The notes under the pieces: model-generated | Told to the model about the DNA's origin: nothing | What the model saw: only the letters and a program-made list of their open reading frames with translations | Database searches by the model: none | Shown: piece after piece, positions 27,514 to 35,949 of the stretch | Position numbering within the stretch: position 1 is the first letter of the stretch | Layout: each line of letters opens with the position of its first letter | Assembly: GCA_051881775.1 (NCBI GenBank) | Contig: JBJEQN010000103.1 | Coordinates: forward strand, 14,604-78,603 | Source: Oscillospiraceae bacterium | Lineage (GTDB): Bacteria > Bacillota > Clostridia > Oscillospirales > Ruminococcaceae | Reading direction: 5' to 3' | DNA: 64,000 bases | Position numbers and translations under genes: made by a program

Positions 27514-28551
27514 TTGAACGAATTAATTGTCAGACTTGCGGTAATTGCCGTGTGTATCATAGGTATTGCCGCCGCAGCCGCATTTATAATCATCGGTCTT
27601 AAAGGCGGCGAAAACGAAAATGAGTATGCCGAAGCTGTAAATGGAACAACCTTTACAGAAGAAAATACGGCGGAACTTACCGAAACGGCTTCAGCGGAAA
27701 CCTCCTATGAGTTCGACATTGCAGATGTGACCGATGCACCTGAGGTCACAACAGTTCCCGAAGAAACAGGCGAAAACATCGAAACCTCGTCAAGCAGGAC
27801 TATTATAACAAGCCGTGCCCGAAAGGAATACGACAACCATTCCGTTTATATAGATATGGAATCGGTGCTGCAGCTTCCCGAGCTTCCCGTTGGCTGTGAA
27901 ATAACGGCGCTTACCATTAATCTGCGGTATCTGGGCTTTGATGCGGACAAAACAGACCTTGCGTCCAATTATCTGCCTAAGGGCGGCAATGCGCAGTACA
28001 TAGACGGCGAGCTTTACAAGGACAGCTTTTTCGATTACTTCATAGGCGACCCCTTTTCAAGAGGCTACGGCTGCTTTTCAAACGCTATCGTAAAGGCGGC
28101 GGAAAAGTATATTGCCGATAACGGCGGCGGCTATACCGTGGTGAACCTGTCAGGGTCGAATCCCGATGTGCTGTACGACTATCTTGCGGAGGGAATACCC
28201 GTTATCTGCTGGGCGACCGACGGAATGATAGAGCCGGAATATTACGAAAGCTGGTTCGACAACGCAACAGGGGAGAAGCTGGACTGGTACCTTAACGAGC
28301 ATTGCTTTGTCCTTGCAGGCTTTAATATGGACGCAGATACCGTTACCCTTAACGACCCTATGAAGGGCATTATCGACTACAATATCAACAAGTTTGAAAC
28401 AAGATATGCTCAGATGTACAGTCAGGCAATAGTCATTTTAAAGGACGAGGACAGCGGAGAAACTGCTTCTTCGGAGCAGGAAATAGAAGAAACGGAACAA
28501 ACCGAAACGACGGATTCGGCGGAAGAACCTTCATTTGATACGGAAGAATAA
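27514..28551 (+). CDS. membrane-anchored C39-like (papain-fold, Peptidase_C39_2/BtrH-like) domain protein with an acidic C-terminal tail
   Basis: Candidate catalytic Cys (LPVGCEITAL) and His (NEHCFVLAG), plus an N-terminal TM helix. I prefer the TTG at 27514 with GAAGGA upstream, because the track start at 27445 overlaps the GH2 gene. Confidence 0.55.
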   Translation: MNELIVRLAVIAVCIIGIAAAAAFIIIGLKGGENENEYAEAVNGTTFTEENTAELTETASAETSYEFDIADVTDAPEVTTVPEETGENIETSSSRTIITSRARKEYDNHSVYIDMESVLQLPELPVGCEITALTINLRYLGFDADKTDLASNYLPKGGNAQYIDGELYKDSFFDYFIGDPFSRGYGCFSNAIVKAAEKYIADNGGGYTVVNLSGSNPDVLYDYLAEGIPVICWATDGMIEPEYYESWFDNATGEKLDWYLNEHCFVLAGFNMDADTVTLNDPMKGIIDYNINKFETRYAQMYSQAIVILKDEDSGETASSEQEIEETEQTETTDSAEEPSFDTEE

Positions 28552-28560
28552 AAATAATAT

Positions 28561-28650
28561 ATCCCCCGTGAAATACGGACAAAACCTTGTAAAATATAGG
28601 TTTAACGGCGGTTTGAACGCCATATCCGTATTATCTCGGGGGATTTTTAT
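28561..28650 (+). terminator. long branched hairpin ending in a T-run (terminator-like)
   Basis: Outer arms ATCCCCCGTGAAATACGGA (28561-28579) and TCCGTATTATCTCGGGGGAT (28625-28644) are followed by TTTTAT. Two small inner hairpins: AAACCT/AGGTTT and GGCG/CGCC. Confidence 0.55.
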
Positions 28651-28774
28651 CTCAAAAAAATAAATTTTTTTAAATTTTTTTGGCAAAACCCCTTTTCAAA
28701 TCCTGCAAAACGTGATAAAATATAAGCTGTATTGACACGGCGTAATTTTATGCCGCTGAATTGGAGGATGTAAA

Positions 28775-29764
28775 ATGAGTAAATTTCGTATTGGCATAGT
28801 CGGCTACGGCAACCTTGGCAGAGGAACCGAGCTGGCAATAAGACAGACCCCGGACGCAGAGCTTGCGTGTGTTTTCACAAGGCGTGACCCGTCCGCACTT
28901 AAAATACTGACCGAGGGCGTACCCGTATATTCGGTAAACGATATTGCGGCGCATAAAAACGATGTTGACGTACTTATTCTCTGCGGCGGAAGCGCAACAG
29001 ACCTGCCCGTTCAGGGACCTCAGCTTGCAGAAATGTTCAACACTATTGACAGCTTTGATACCCACGCAAAAATTCCCCAGTATTTCGATTCCGTTGACGC
29101 TGCGGCTAAGAAGGGCGGCAATGTAAGCATTATTTCCGTTGGCTGGGATCCCGGTATGTTTTCCGTTAACCGTCTTTACAGCAGCTGCATTCTTCCCGAG
29201 GGTGAAAATTACACATTCTGGGGCAAGGGCGTAAGCCAGGGACACTCCGACGCTATCAGAAGAATAGAGGGCGTTGCCGATGCAAGACAGTACACTATCC
29301 CCGTAGAATCCGCCGTTGAAGCTGTTAGAAGCGGCTCAAATCCTGCCCTTACCACACGCCAGAAGCACACAAGAGAGTGCTTCGTTGTAGCAAAAGAGGG
29401 CGCTGACAAGGCTAAGATCGAGTCCGAGATAAAGAATATGCCCAACTATTTCGCTGATTACGACACTACCGTACACTTTATTTCCGAGGAAGAACTGAAG
29501 CGTGACCACAGCGGACTTCCTCACGGCGGCTTTGTTATCAGAAGCGGCAAGACCGGCGAAAACAAGGAGACCTCCCACGTTATCGAGTATTCCCTCAAGC
29601 TGGGTTCAAACCCCGAGTTTACTTCAAGCATTCTTGTTGCATACGCAAGAGCGGCAGTAAGGCTTTCAAGAGAGGGTGCAGCAGGTGCCAAGACCGTGTT
29701 TGACATTGCTCCTGCATACCTTTCTCCCAAGAGCGGTGCAGAGCTCAGAGCGGAAATGCTTTGA
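28775..29764 (+). CDS. ddh: meso-diaminopimelate D-dehydrogenase
   Basis: N-terminal Rossmann motif IGIVGYGNLGRG and overall similarity to Ddh; 329 aa. Confidence 0.9.
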   Translation: MSKFRIGIVGYGNLGRGTELAIRQTPDAELACVFTRRDPSALKILTEGVPVYSVNDIAAHKNDVDVLILCGGSATDLPVQGPQLAEMFNTIDSFDTHAKIPQYFDSVDAAAKKGGNVSIISVGWDPGMFSVNRLYSSCILPEGENYTFWGKGVSQGHSDAIRRIEGVADARQYTIPVESAVEAVRSGSNPALTTRQKHTRECFVVAKEGADKAKIESEIKNMPNYFADYDTTVHFISEEELKRDHSGLPHGGFVIRSGKTGENKETSHVIEYSLKLGSNPEFTSSILVAYARAAVRLSREGAAGAKTVFDIAPAYLSPKSGAELRAEML

Positions 29765-29772
29765 TTTGAACA

Positions 29773-29836
29773 AGTTTGAAGTGTGGAGAGTGAAGAGTGG
29801 AGTTAAACTTTGATTTTATACTCTCCAAATTTAAAA
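29773..29836. repeat. heptad-periodic array, truncated copy
   Basis: Positions 29773-29805 (AGTTTGAAGTGTGGAGAGTGAAGAGTGGAGTTA) are identical to 30472-30504. The tail TTTGAT..CTCTCC..AAATT matches the 30541-30581 tail, with internal deletions. Confidence 0.75.
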
Positions 29837-29848
29837 GACAATTTAGTG

Positions 29849-29959
29849 AAGGTTTCTATAAATAAAGAATTGTCTGATTGATTAAGCTAACGAAAAAAAT
29901 CACTTTTGATACTTTTAGGGTGTCAAAAGTGATTTTTGTTTTTGTCGGAAGTTGACTTG
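29849..29959 (+). repeat. 111-bp direct repeat copy 1, containing a terminator hairpin (29898-29934 plus T-run) and a TTGACT -35 box
   Basis: Hand alignment to 30354-30463 shows 3 substitutions and one 1-nt indel. The hairpin is AATCACTTTTGA...TCAAAAGTGATT. Confidence 0.85.
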
Positions 29960-29981
29960 TTAGGCGGCGGTGTGATATAAT
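29952..29981 (+). promoter_or_regulatory. candidate promoter of the 93-codon ORF
   Basis: TTGACT (29952-29957), 18-nt spacer, TGaTATAAT extended -10 (29973-29981). Confidence 0.45.
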
Positions 29982-30028
29982 TAAACTATAATAAATAGGG
30001 ATTTTTGTACTTTAAGTTGGTGATTTAA

Positions 30029-30310
30029 ATGGAAAACAATGGAATGGACTTTAGAGAAACTTTACTAAATCAAATAAAAGAATATCTTGATGGTAAAATA
30101 ACAAAAGAAGAATATTATGCAATGGCTGAACCTTTTTATACCCAATACGCTCATAATTGCAATAACACATTGTTCCTTGAATATTTTTTAGCTACAATAC
30201 CAGATGCTTGTTTATTTTATATTGACGAACCCAACTTCACATCTGAAAGTAATGATGAAATGTTTTACAAAACGTTAAGTGAAGCATATATAAATTTACA
30301 GAAACTTTAA
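30029..30310 (+). CDS. hypothetical 93-aa protein; AT-rich orphan, possibly a small helical immunity-type protein
   Basis: ORF with its own promoter-like sequence and a downstream terminator. G+C is visibly far below the flanks. No secure family assignment. Confidence 0.5.
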   Translation: MENNGMDFRETLLNQIKEYLDGKITKEEYYAMAEPFYTQYAHNCNNTLFLEYFLATIPDACLFYIDEPNFTSESNDEMFYKTLSEAYINLQKL

Positions 30311-30353
30311 AGATATTTTTGAGTTGATTTGATACACATATTCCAATTTGGCA

Positions 30354-30463
30354 AAGGTTTCTATGAATAAAGAATTGGCTGATTGATTAAGCTAACGAAA
30401 AAATCACTTTTGATACTTTTAGGGTGTCAAAAGTGATTTTTATTTTTGTCGGAAGTTGACTTG
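30354..30463 (+). repeat. direct repeat copy 2, with terminator hairpin 30402-30438 plus T-run
   Basis: See copy 1. Confidence 0.85.
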
Positions 30464-30471
30464 CTGTAATG

Positions 30472-30581
30472 AGTTTGAAGTGTGGAGAGTGAAGAGTGGA
30501 GTTATAATTTTAACTTCACTCCCAACTCTTCACACTTCACTCTTTGATAATTCCACTCTCCACTTTCCACTTTCCAAATTC
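30472..30581. repeat. heptad-periodic inverted-repeat element, full copy
   Basis: Purine arm TGAAGTG TGGAGAG TGAAGAG TGGAGTT (30476-30503), inverted arm TAACTTC ACTCCCA ACTCTTC ACACTTC (30511-30538), then TTCCACT CTCCACT TTCCACT TTCCAAA (30551-30578). Confidence 0.8.
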
Positions 30582-30588
30582 AAAAAAC

Positions 30589-30614
30589 CCCCGTGAAGAA
30601 CACTCCTCACGGGG
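30589..30614. terminator. purB terminator (bidirectional hairpin)
   Basis: CCCCGTGA / TCACGGGG stem flanked by an A-run (30582-30587) and a T-run (30618-30623). Confidence 0.8.
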
Positions 30615-30637
30615 ATATTTTTTATTATAGCGTAAAA

Positions 30638-32071
30638 TCAAACGGAAAGCTCGGCAGTTTCGTTAAGAATATCCTTGTTTGCGTCAAGAATAGGCTTGAT
30701 GCAGCCGTTAATGAACTCTTCGACCTGCTGAGAGCTTCTTCCTGTGAAGTTTTCGGGCTGGAGAATAGCCTTTATCTCTTCCTCGTTAAGCATAAAGTCG
30801 GGGTCTGCAAGCACTCTGTCAATAAGGTCGTTTTCAAGACCCTCTTCCTTGACCTGCTTGCCTGCCTCCATAGCGTACTGACGGAGCTTTTCGTGAAGCG
30901 CCTGACGGTCGCCGCCCTTCTTTACAGCGTCCATCATAATGTTCTCCGAAGCCATAAAGGGCAGCTCCTTCATTACTCTTGCACGGATTACCTTGGGGTA
31001 AACAACAATTGCGGAAGTGACGTTTATCATAATGTTGAGTATAGCGTCAATTGCAAGGAAGCCCTCTGCAACGGAAATACGCTTGTTTGCGGAGTCGTCA
31101 AGAGTTCTCTCAAACCACTGTGTACCGGAAGTGAACGCAGGGTTAAGGGAATCGATCATAACGTATCTTGCAAGAGCGGTGATTCTTTCGCATCTCATGG
31201 GGTTTCTCTTGTAGGGCATAGCAGACGACCCTATCTGATTTTTCTCAAAGGGTTCTTCCATTTCCTTGAAGTTCTGGAGAATACGCATATCGTTTGCAAA
31301 CTTCATTGCGGACTGAGCAATTCCGCTGAGAGTTGCAACTATCTGGGAGTCTATCTTTCTTGAATAGGTCTGACCTGAAACGGGAACAACGGCGTCGAAG
31401 CCCATTTCCTCGGCAATAAGCTCTTCCAGCTTCTTTACCTTTTCCGTGTCGCCCTCGAAAAGCTCCATAAAGGAAGCCTGTGTGCCGGTTGTACCCTTTG
31501 AACCGAGGAGCTTCATATTTGCAAGGCGGTAGTCAATTTCTTCAAGATCCATAAGCAGCTCGTTCATCCACAGGGTAGCACGCTTGCCAACGGTGGTAAG
31601 CTGTGCAGGCTGGAGGTGAGTGTAAGCAAGGCAGGGCATATCCTTGTATTCCATTGCAAAGCTGGAAAGCTGGTTAAGTACGTTTATGAGCTTGCGCTTT
31701 ACTATCTTAAGAGCGTCCCTCATAATGATAATATCGGTGTTGTCGCCTACATAGCAGGAGGTCGCGCCAAGGTGGATAATACCCTTTGCCTTGGGGCAGG
31801 CGAGACCGTATGTGTAAACGTGCGCCATAACATCGTGACGGACAAGTTTTTCACGCTCTGCCGCAGTTTCATAGTCGATATTGTCGATGTTTGCTTCAAG
31901 CTCGTCCACCTGTTCCTGAGTTACGGGCAGACCAAGCTTCATTTCCGCTCTTGCAAGAGCGACCCAGAGGCGGCGCCATGTGGTGAATTTTTTATCTGCA
32001 GAGAAGATATACTGCATTTCCTTGCTTGCGTATCTGGTGCAGAAAGGGGATTCATAGCTGTTTGTTGACAT
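30638..32071 (-). CDS. purB: adenylosuccinate lyase
   Basis: Fumarate-lyase signature (GSSAMPYKRNP) and full-length PurB similarity; 477 aa. Confidence 0.97.
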   Translation of the reverse strand: MSTNSYESPFCTRYASKEMQYIFSADKKFTTWRRLWVALARAEMKLGLPVTQEQVDELEANIDNIDYETAAEREKLVRHDVMAHVYTYGLACPKAKGIIHLGATSCYVGDNTDIIIMRDALKIVKRKLINVLNQLSSFAMEYKDMPCLAYTHLQPAQLTTVGKRATLWMNELLMDLEEIDYRLANMKLLGSKGTTGTQASFMELFEGDTEKVKKLEELIAEEMGFDAVVPVSGQTYSRKIDSQIVATLSGIAQSAMKFANDMRILQNFKEMEEPFEKNQIGSSAMPYKRNPMRCERITALARYVMIDSLNPAFTSGTQWFERTLDDSANKRISVAEGFLAIDAILNIMINVTSAIVVYPKVIRARVMKELPFMASENIMMDAVKKGGDRQALHEKLRQYAMEAGKQVKEEGLENDLIDRVLADPDFMLNEEEIKAILQPENFTGRSSQQVEEFINGCIKPILDANKDILNETAELSV

Positions 32072-32148
32072 TAATATAACAACTCCCGTTAAACAATATT
32101 TTTTTCAGTATAACATATTTCAGCAGGTTTTGCAAGGGCTTTTACATA

Positions 32149-33240
32149 TTAATAGCATTGCAGCGATATTTTTACCTTGTCAAACCGCTTTTTCGCAAGG
32201 TCTGACTTACTGATGTAAAAATACAGATTTCCTCCGTCGCCGAACATAAAGCCGCAATTATTGCTTTCAAATGTGGAAAGCTGGCAAAGCTGCACATACT
32301 CTTCGTCAAATTCTTCCGTAAGTCCGCCTTGGATAACGTCGGAATATCCTCCGAGCTTGAAATATATTTCGCTGTATTCTGAGGTGTCATAGCCGAGAAC
32401 AGCGGTTTTCGCATTGTCATATTCATCGTAATTAAAATTCACATTGCCGCAGAGATTTTCGTGATCCTCATAAGAGGGCAGATCATTTTTGCCAAAAAAC
32501 CGAACGGCACTTTCGTCAATAATGCAGTTCATATCGGCGTATCCGAAACAGCCGCAATCTGTGGGGTCGTATTCGTCGGGAAAATCGGTCGGCACAAGCA
32601 GCGACAGGTCACCGTCATAATAATAAACTGCATAACCCTTGCCGTCTTGGTCATCGCTTTCCCAGGGCTGATTTTCTATATCATAGAAGAAATAGAGCAT
32701 ACCCTTTTCGGGGAAAATGCCGTCCTTGTCGTACTCGTGTATCTCCGCACAGTTTATCTGCATCAAAAAGGTAAGCGGCTCGTCAGATTCATTTCTGTAC
32801 CATACAAAATTTGCCGGCATATCGGGCTTTCCGCCTATCTTTGAAGAAGCGGTCTCTATTGTGCGTTCTTCATATATCGGTTCAATATATATTGCATTTT
32901 TCATAAACGGTTTAAGCTGTTCAACAACACTTTCCGAAACCTCAGTGGCTGTACGGGGAGGCTTGCGTTCTGCGCTTTTCCGGTTCTCACGATCCATACG
33001 CATAGCGTCCTCTTCGGTAATGCCCATCATCTCAAAAAGCTGCCTGTTCATTTCCTTGGCACGTTTTTTCTGTTCCTTAGGCGAAAGGCTCATCAATTCC
33101 GAAATGTCAGAGACCCCCATCATTTCCGACATCATTTTTTCGGCATTGGCAAGCAGATTTTTCTGTTCTTCGGATAAAGACCCCAGCAGTTCTTTTTCTG
33201 CTTCTTCCGCTTTTTTCATAATTTCGTCCATGTCTGCCAT
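32149..33240 (-). CDS. DUF1963 (YwqG-like) domain protein with a helical acidic N-terminal extension
   Basis: SSKIGGKPDMP...LTFLMQINC...GMLYFFYD...GGNLYFY pattern, typical of the YwqG family. Confidence 0.7.
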   Translation of the reverse strand: MADMDEIMKKAEEAEKELLGSLSEEQKNLLANAEKMMSEMMGVSDISELMSLSPKEQKKRAKEMNRQLFEMMGITEEDAMRMDRENRKSAERKPPRTATEVSESVVEQLKPFMKNAIYIEPIYEERTIETASSKIGGKPDMPANFVWYRNESDEPLTFLMQINCAEIHEYDKDGIFPEKGMLYFFYDIENQPWESDDQDGKGYAVYYYDGDLSLLVPTDFPDEYDPTDCGCFGYADMNCIIDESAVRFFGKNDLPSYEDHENLCGNVNFNYDEYDNAKTAVLGYDTSEYSEIYFKLGGYSDVIQGGLTEEFDEEYVQLCQLSTFESNNCGFMFGDGGNLYFYISKSDLAKKRFDKVKISLQCY

Positions 33241-33514
33241 AATTATCCTCCAATCTGACCTTTATCATAATGCTTTAAAACGAATGTACACAAATTATAG
33301 CATATTCTGCATAGATTATCAACGTTTTTTATGATATAAATATGTATAATGATAAATCAACGGAGGCACACATCATGAAGACGGTTAGTTGGCACTGTTA
33401 TTTTTAGGGCAAATATATCAAAATACAGTATTTTTTCTTTACAAACGCCATTTTTGATGTTATAATTATTCTATCGGAAATGTCTAATCGGTAAAAATAC
33501 TGAAGGATGATATA

Positions 33515-34831
33515 ATGAAAGTAGATTTTAACAAAAAGTATACCACCATAGCCGTTTATACCGTTATTACTTTTGCGGTATGCCTGCTGCTTGTTGTTCT
33601 GGTGAAGGAATCGGAAAAGATCTCGGCAGGATTAAAAACCGTTGCAAAGGTGCTTGCTCCCGTGACATGGGGCGTTGTTATCGCTTATATACTTAACCCG
33701 GTCATGATGTGGTCGGAGAAGTGCCTTAAAAAGCTTCTTGAAAAGAAAAAGGAGCGCCCCAAGCTGGTGCGTTCATTAAGCGTGTTTTTAAGTATGATAC
33801 TGCTCATTGCGATACTTATTGCCTTTGTTGCTATCCTTATTCCTCAGATAGTGGACAGCATAGTTGGCATTGCAGGAAACTTTTCCACTTATCTCAGCAA
33901 TTTTGAAAAGTGGATATATAAATTTGTCGAGGACTATCCCGATATTTACAATTTTGTGCAGGATCAGTTCAACAGCATCCAGCCTAAGATAAACGAATTC
34001 GTCAACAATCTTATCCCACAGCTTGCCAATATAGCCGTAAAGCTGAAGGACGGCGCTATCGGACTTATCGGTGGTTTAAAGGATTTTGTTATCGGCTTTA
34101 TCGTTGCCATATATCTTCTGTTCAGCAAGGAAAAATTCATCGCTCAGGCAAGAAAAATGATCTCGGCAATTTTCCCGAAGTATTTTGCACAAGGCGTGTT
34201 CAACGTTGCTTCTCATGCAAACAAGACCCTCGGCGGCTTTATTTCGGGCAAGATACTCGATTCAACTATTATCGGAATTATTACTTTCATATGTATGACC
34301 ATAATGAAAATGGACTTTGTTGCGCTGATAAGCGTTGTTATCGGCGTAACGAATATCATCCCGTTTTTCGGTCCGTTTATCGGAGCAATACCAAGCGCAG
34401 TTCTTCTCCTTGTGGCGGCGCCGAGGCAGGTCATTCCTTTTGTAGTGTTTATAATCATTCTCCAGCAGTTTGACGGAAATATTCTTGGCCCGAAGATACT
34501 TGGCGATTCAACGGGACTTTCACCCTTCTGGGTAATGTTTGCAATATTTGTGGGCGGCGGTCTGTTCGGATTTGCAGGTATGCTGCTTGGAGTGCCCGTG
34601 TTTGCCGTTATTTATTCAATGATAAGCGATTTTGTCAATTTTCTCCTCAGAAGAAAGGGAATGTCCGCCGATACGGGAGATTACTACGCTCCTGCAGCGG
34701 AAACGTCACCTTCTTCAAAAAGAGAATTTGTCAATAAGCCTGTTTCGGAAATTTTTAAATCAAGAAAGAAAAAACAGGACGGAGAAACAGAAGCAGCGGT
34801 CAACGATAATAAAGACGATTCGGAAAAATAA
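33515..34831 (+). CDS. AI-2E family transporter (PerM/YtvI-like)
   Basis: Multi-TM protein with the conserved IPFFGPFIGAIP and ILGPKILG segments. Confidence 0.85.
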   Translation: MKVDFNKKYTTIAVYTVITFAVCLLLVVLVKESEKISAGLKTVAKVLAPVTWGVVIAYILNPVMMWSEKCLKKLLEKKKERPKLVRSLSVFLSMILLIAILIAFVAILIPQIVDSIVGIAGNFSTYLSNFEKWIYKFVEDYPDIYNFVQDQFNSIQPKINEFVNNLIPQLANIAVKLKDGAIGLIGGLKDFVIGFIVAIYLLFSKEKFIAQARKMISAIFPKYFAQGVFNVASHANKTLGGFISGKILDSTIIGIITFICMTIMKMDFVALISVVIGVTNIIPFFGPFIGAIPSAVLLLVAAPRQVIPFVVFIIILQQFDGNILGPKILGDSTGLSPFWVMFAIFVGGGLFGFAGMLLGVPVFAVIYSMISDFVNFLLRRKGMSADTGDYYAPAAETSPSSKREFVNKPVSEIFKSRKKKQDGETEAAVNDNKDDSEK

Positions 34832-34852
34832 TAGTTTTAAGGAGAACTTTTT

Positions 34853-35764
34853 ATGATAAAGGATATTCAGGAGCAGATACTCCGTTTGAAAAAGGAAAAG
34901 AACGTTACGATCCTCGCACACAGCTATCAGGCGGAGGAAATTCAGGAGATCGCCGATTATACGGGAGATTCTTTCAGACTTTCACAGCTTGCAGCAGAGG
35001 ATAAAAATGACACGCTGATAATGTGCGGCGTTCATTTTATGGCTGAGACCTGCAAAATTCTTTCGCCCAATAAGAAGGTCATTCTTTCCTGCCCGAATGC
35101 AGGCTGTCCTATGGCGGAGCAGATAAGCGCAGAGGAGCTTGTCCAGCTTAAACAGATGTACCCCGGCTATACGGTAGTTGCGTATATCAATACAACAGCC
35201 GCATTAAAGGAGCATTGCGATGTTTGCGTGACTTCCAGCTCTGCGGTGGAGATATGCCGCAAAATCGAAAACAAAGATATTTTGTTTATTCCCGACTGCA
35301 ACCTGGGCGCATATGTCAAGGAGCAGCTTCCCGAAAAAAATATCAAGCTGATACAGGGCGGATGTCCCGTTCATGCAGCTGTAACGGAGAAAATGGCGGT
35401 TGAAGCAAAAGCCGCACACCCCGAAGCGCTGCTTCTCGTTCACCCCGAATGTCAGCCATCCGTGTGTAAGCACGCCGATTACATAGGCTCCACTTCCGGC
35501 ATCGTAAACTTTGCCAAGAAGTCCGAAGCAAAGGAATTTATCATCGGAACGGAAATTTCCATTGCCGAGCATCTCCAGTATATCTGTCCCGACAAGAAGT
35601 TTTATCCCCTTTCCAAGCACCTTATCTGCCCCAATATGAAGGGTACAACCCTTGTGGACGTTTATAACTGCCTTACCGGCGAGGGCGGACTTGTAATAGA
35701 AATGCCAGAAGAGCAGATAAAGCGTGCCTCCGTTTGCATCGACAAAATGCTTGAAATGGGATGA
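34853..35764 (+). CDS. nadA: quinolinate synthase
   Basis: NadA type with HSYQ, VHFMAET, CPMA and VHPEC motifs; 303 aa. Confidence 0.95.
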   Translation: MIKDIQEQILRLKKEKNVTILAHSYQAEEIQEIADYTGDSFRLSQLAAEDKNDTLIMCGVHFMAETCKILSPNKKVILSCPNAGCPMAEQISAEELVQLKQMYPGYTVVAYINTTAALKEHCDVCVTSSSAVEICRKIENKDILFIPDCNLGAYVKEQLPEKNIKLIQGGCPVHAAVTEKMAVEAKAAHPEALLLVHPECQPSVCKHADYIGSTSGIVNFAKKSEAKEFIIGTEISIAEHLQYICPDKKFYPLSKHLICPNMKGTTLVDVYNCLTGEGGLVIEMPEEQIKRASVCIDKMLEMG

Positions 35765-35768
35765 GTTT

Positions 35769-35814
35769 AATGCGGAATTAGGAATTCGGAATGCGGAATT
35801 AATGGCGGATTCCG
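35769..35814. repeat. heptad array, GGAATKC dialect, left arm
   Basis: ATGCGGA ATTAGGA ATTCGGA ATGCGGA ATTAATG. Positions 35783-35799 are the perfect reverse complement of 35933-35949. Confidence 0.8.
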
Positions 35815-35827
35815 TACATATGAAATA

Positions 35828-35869
35828 AAAAACAACGTTTTTGTGGAAAAGCACAAAAACGTTGTTTTT
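35828..35869. terminator. bidirectional terminator shared by nadA (+) and fucI (-)
   Basis: 18-bp perfect stem AAAAACAACGTTTTTGTG / CACAAAAACGTTGTTTTT with a 6-nt loop. Confidence 0.85.
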
Positions 35870-35917
35870 GCTTGTGTAGGAAACTACATTATTGACGCAA
35901 ATTTTCGGATAATAAAT

Positions 35918-35949
35918 AATTCCGCATTCCGCATTCCGCATTCCGAATT
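35918..35949. repeat. heptad array, right (inverted) arm, overlapping the fucI stop codon
   Basis: (ATTCCGC)x3 ATTCCGA ATT. Confidence 0.8.

Noticed and set aside
33374-33406. A 10-codon mini-ORF (MKTVSWHCYF) with an SD in the region upstream of the AI-2E transporter gene, as a possible leader peptide.
   Set aside because: There is no associated attenuator structure or conservation evidence, and such mini-ORFs arise by chance in AT-rich spacers.
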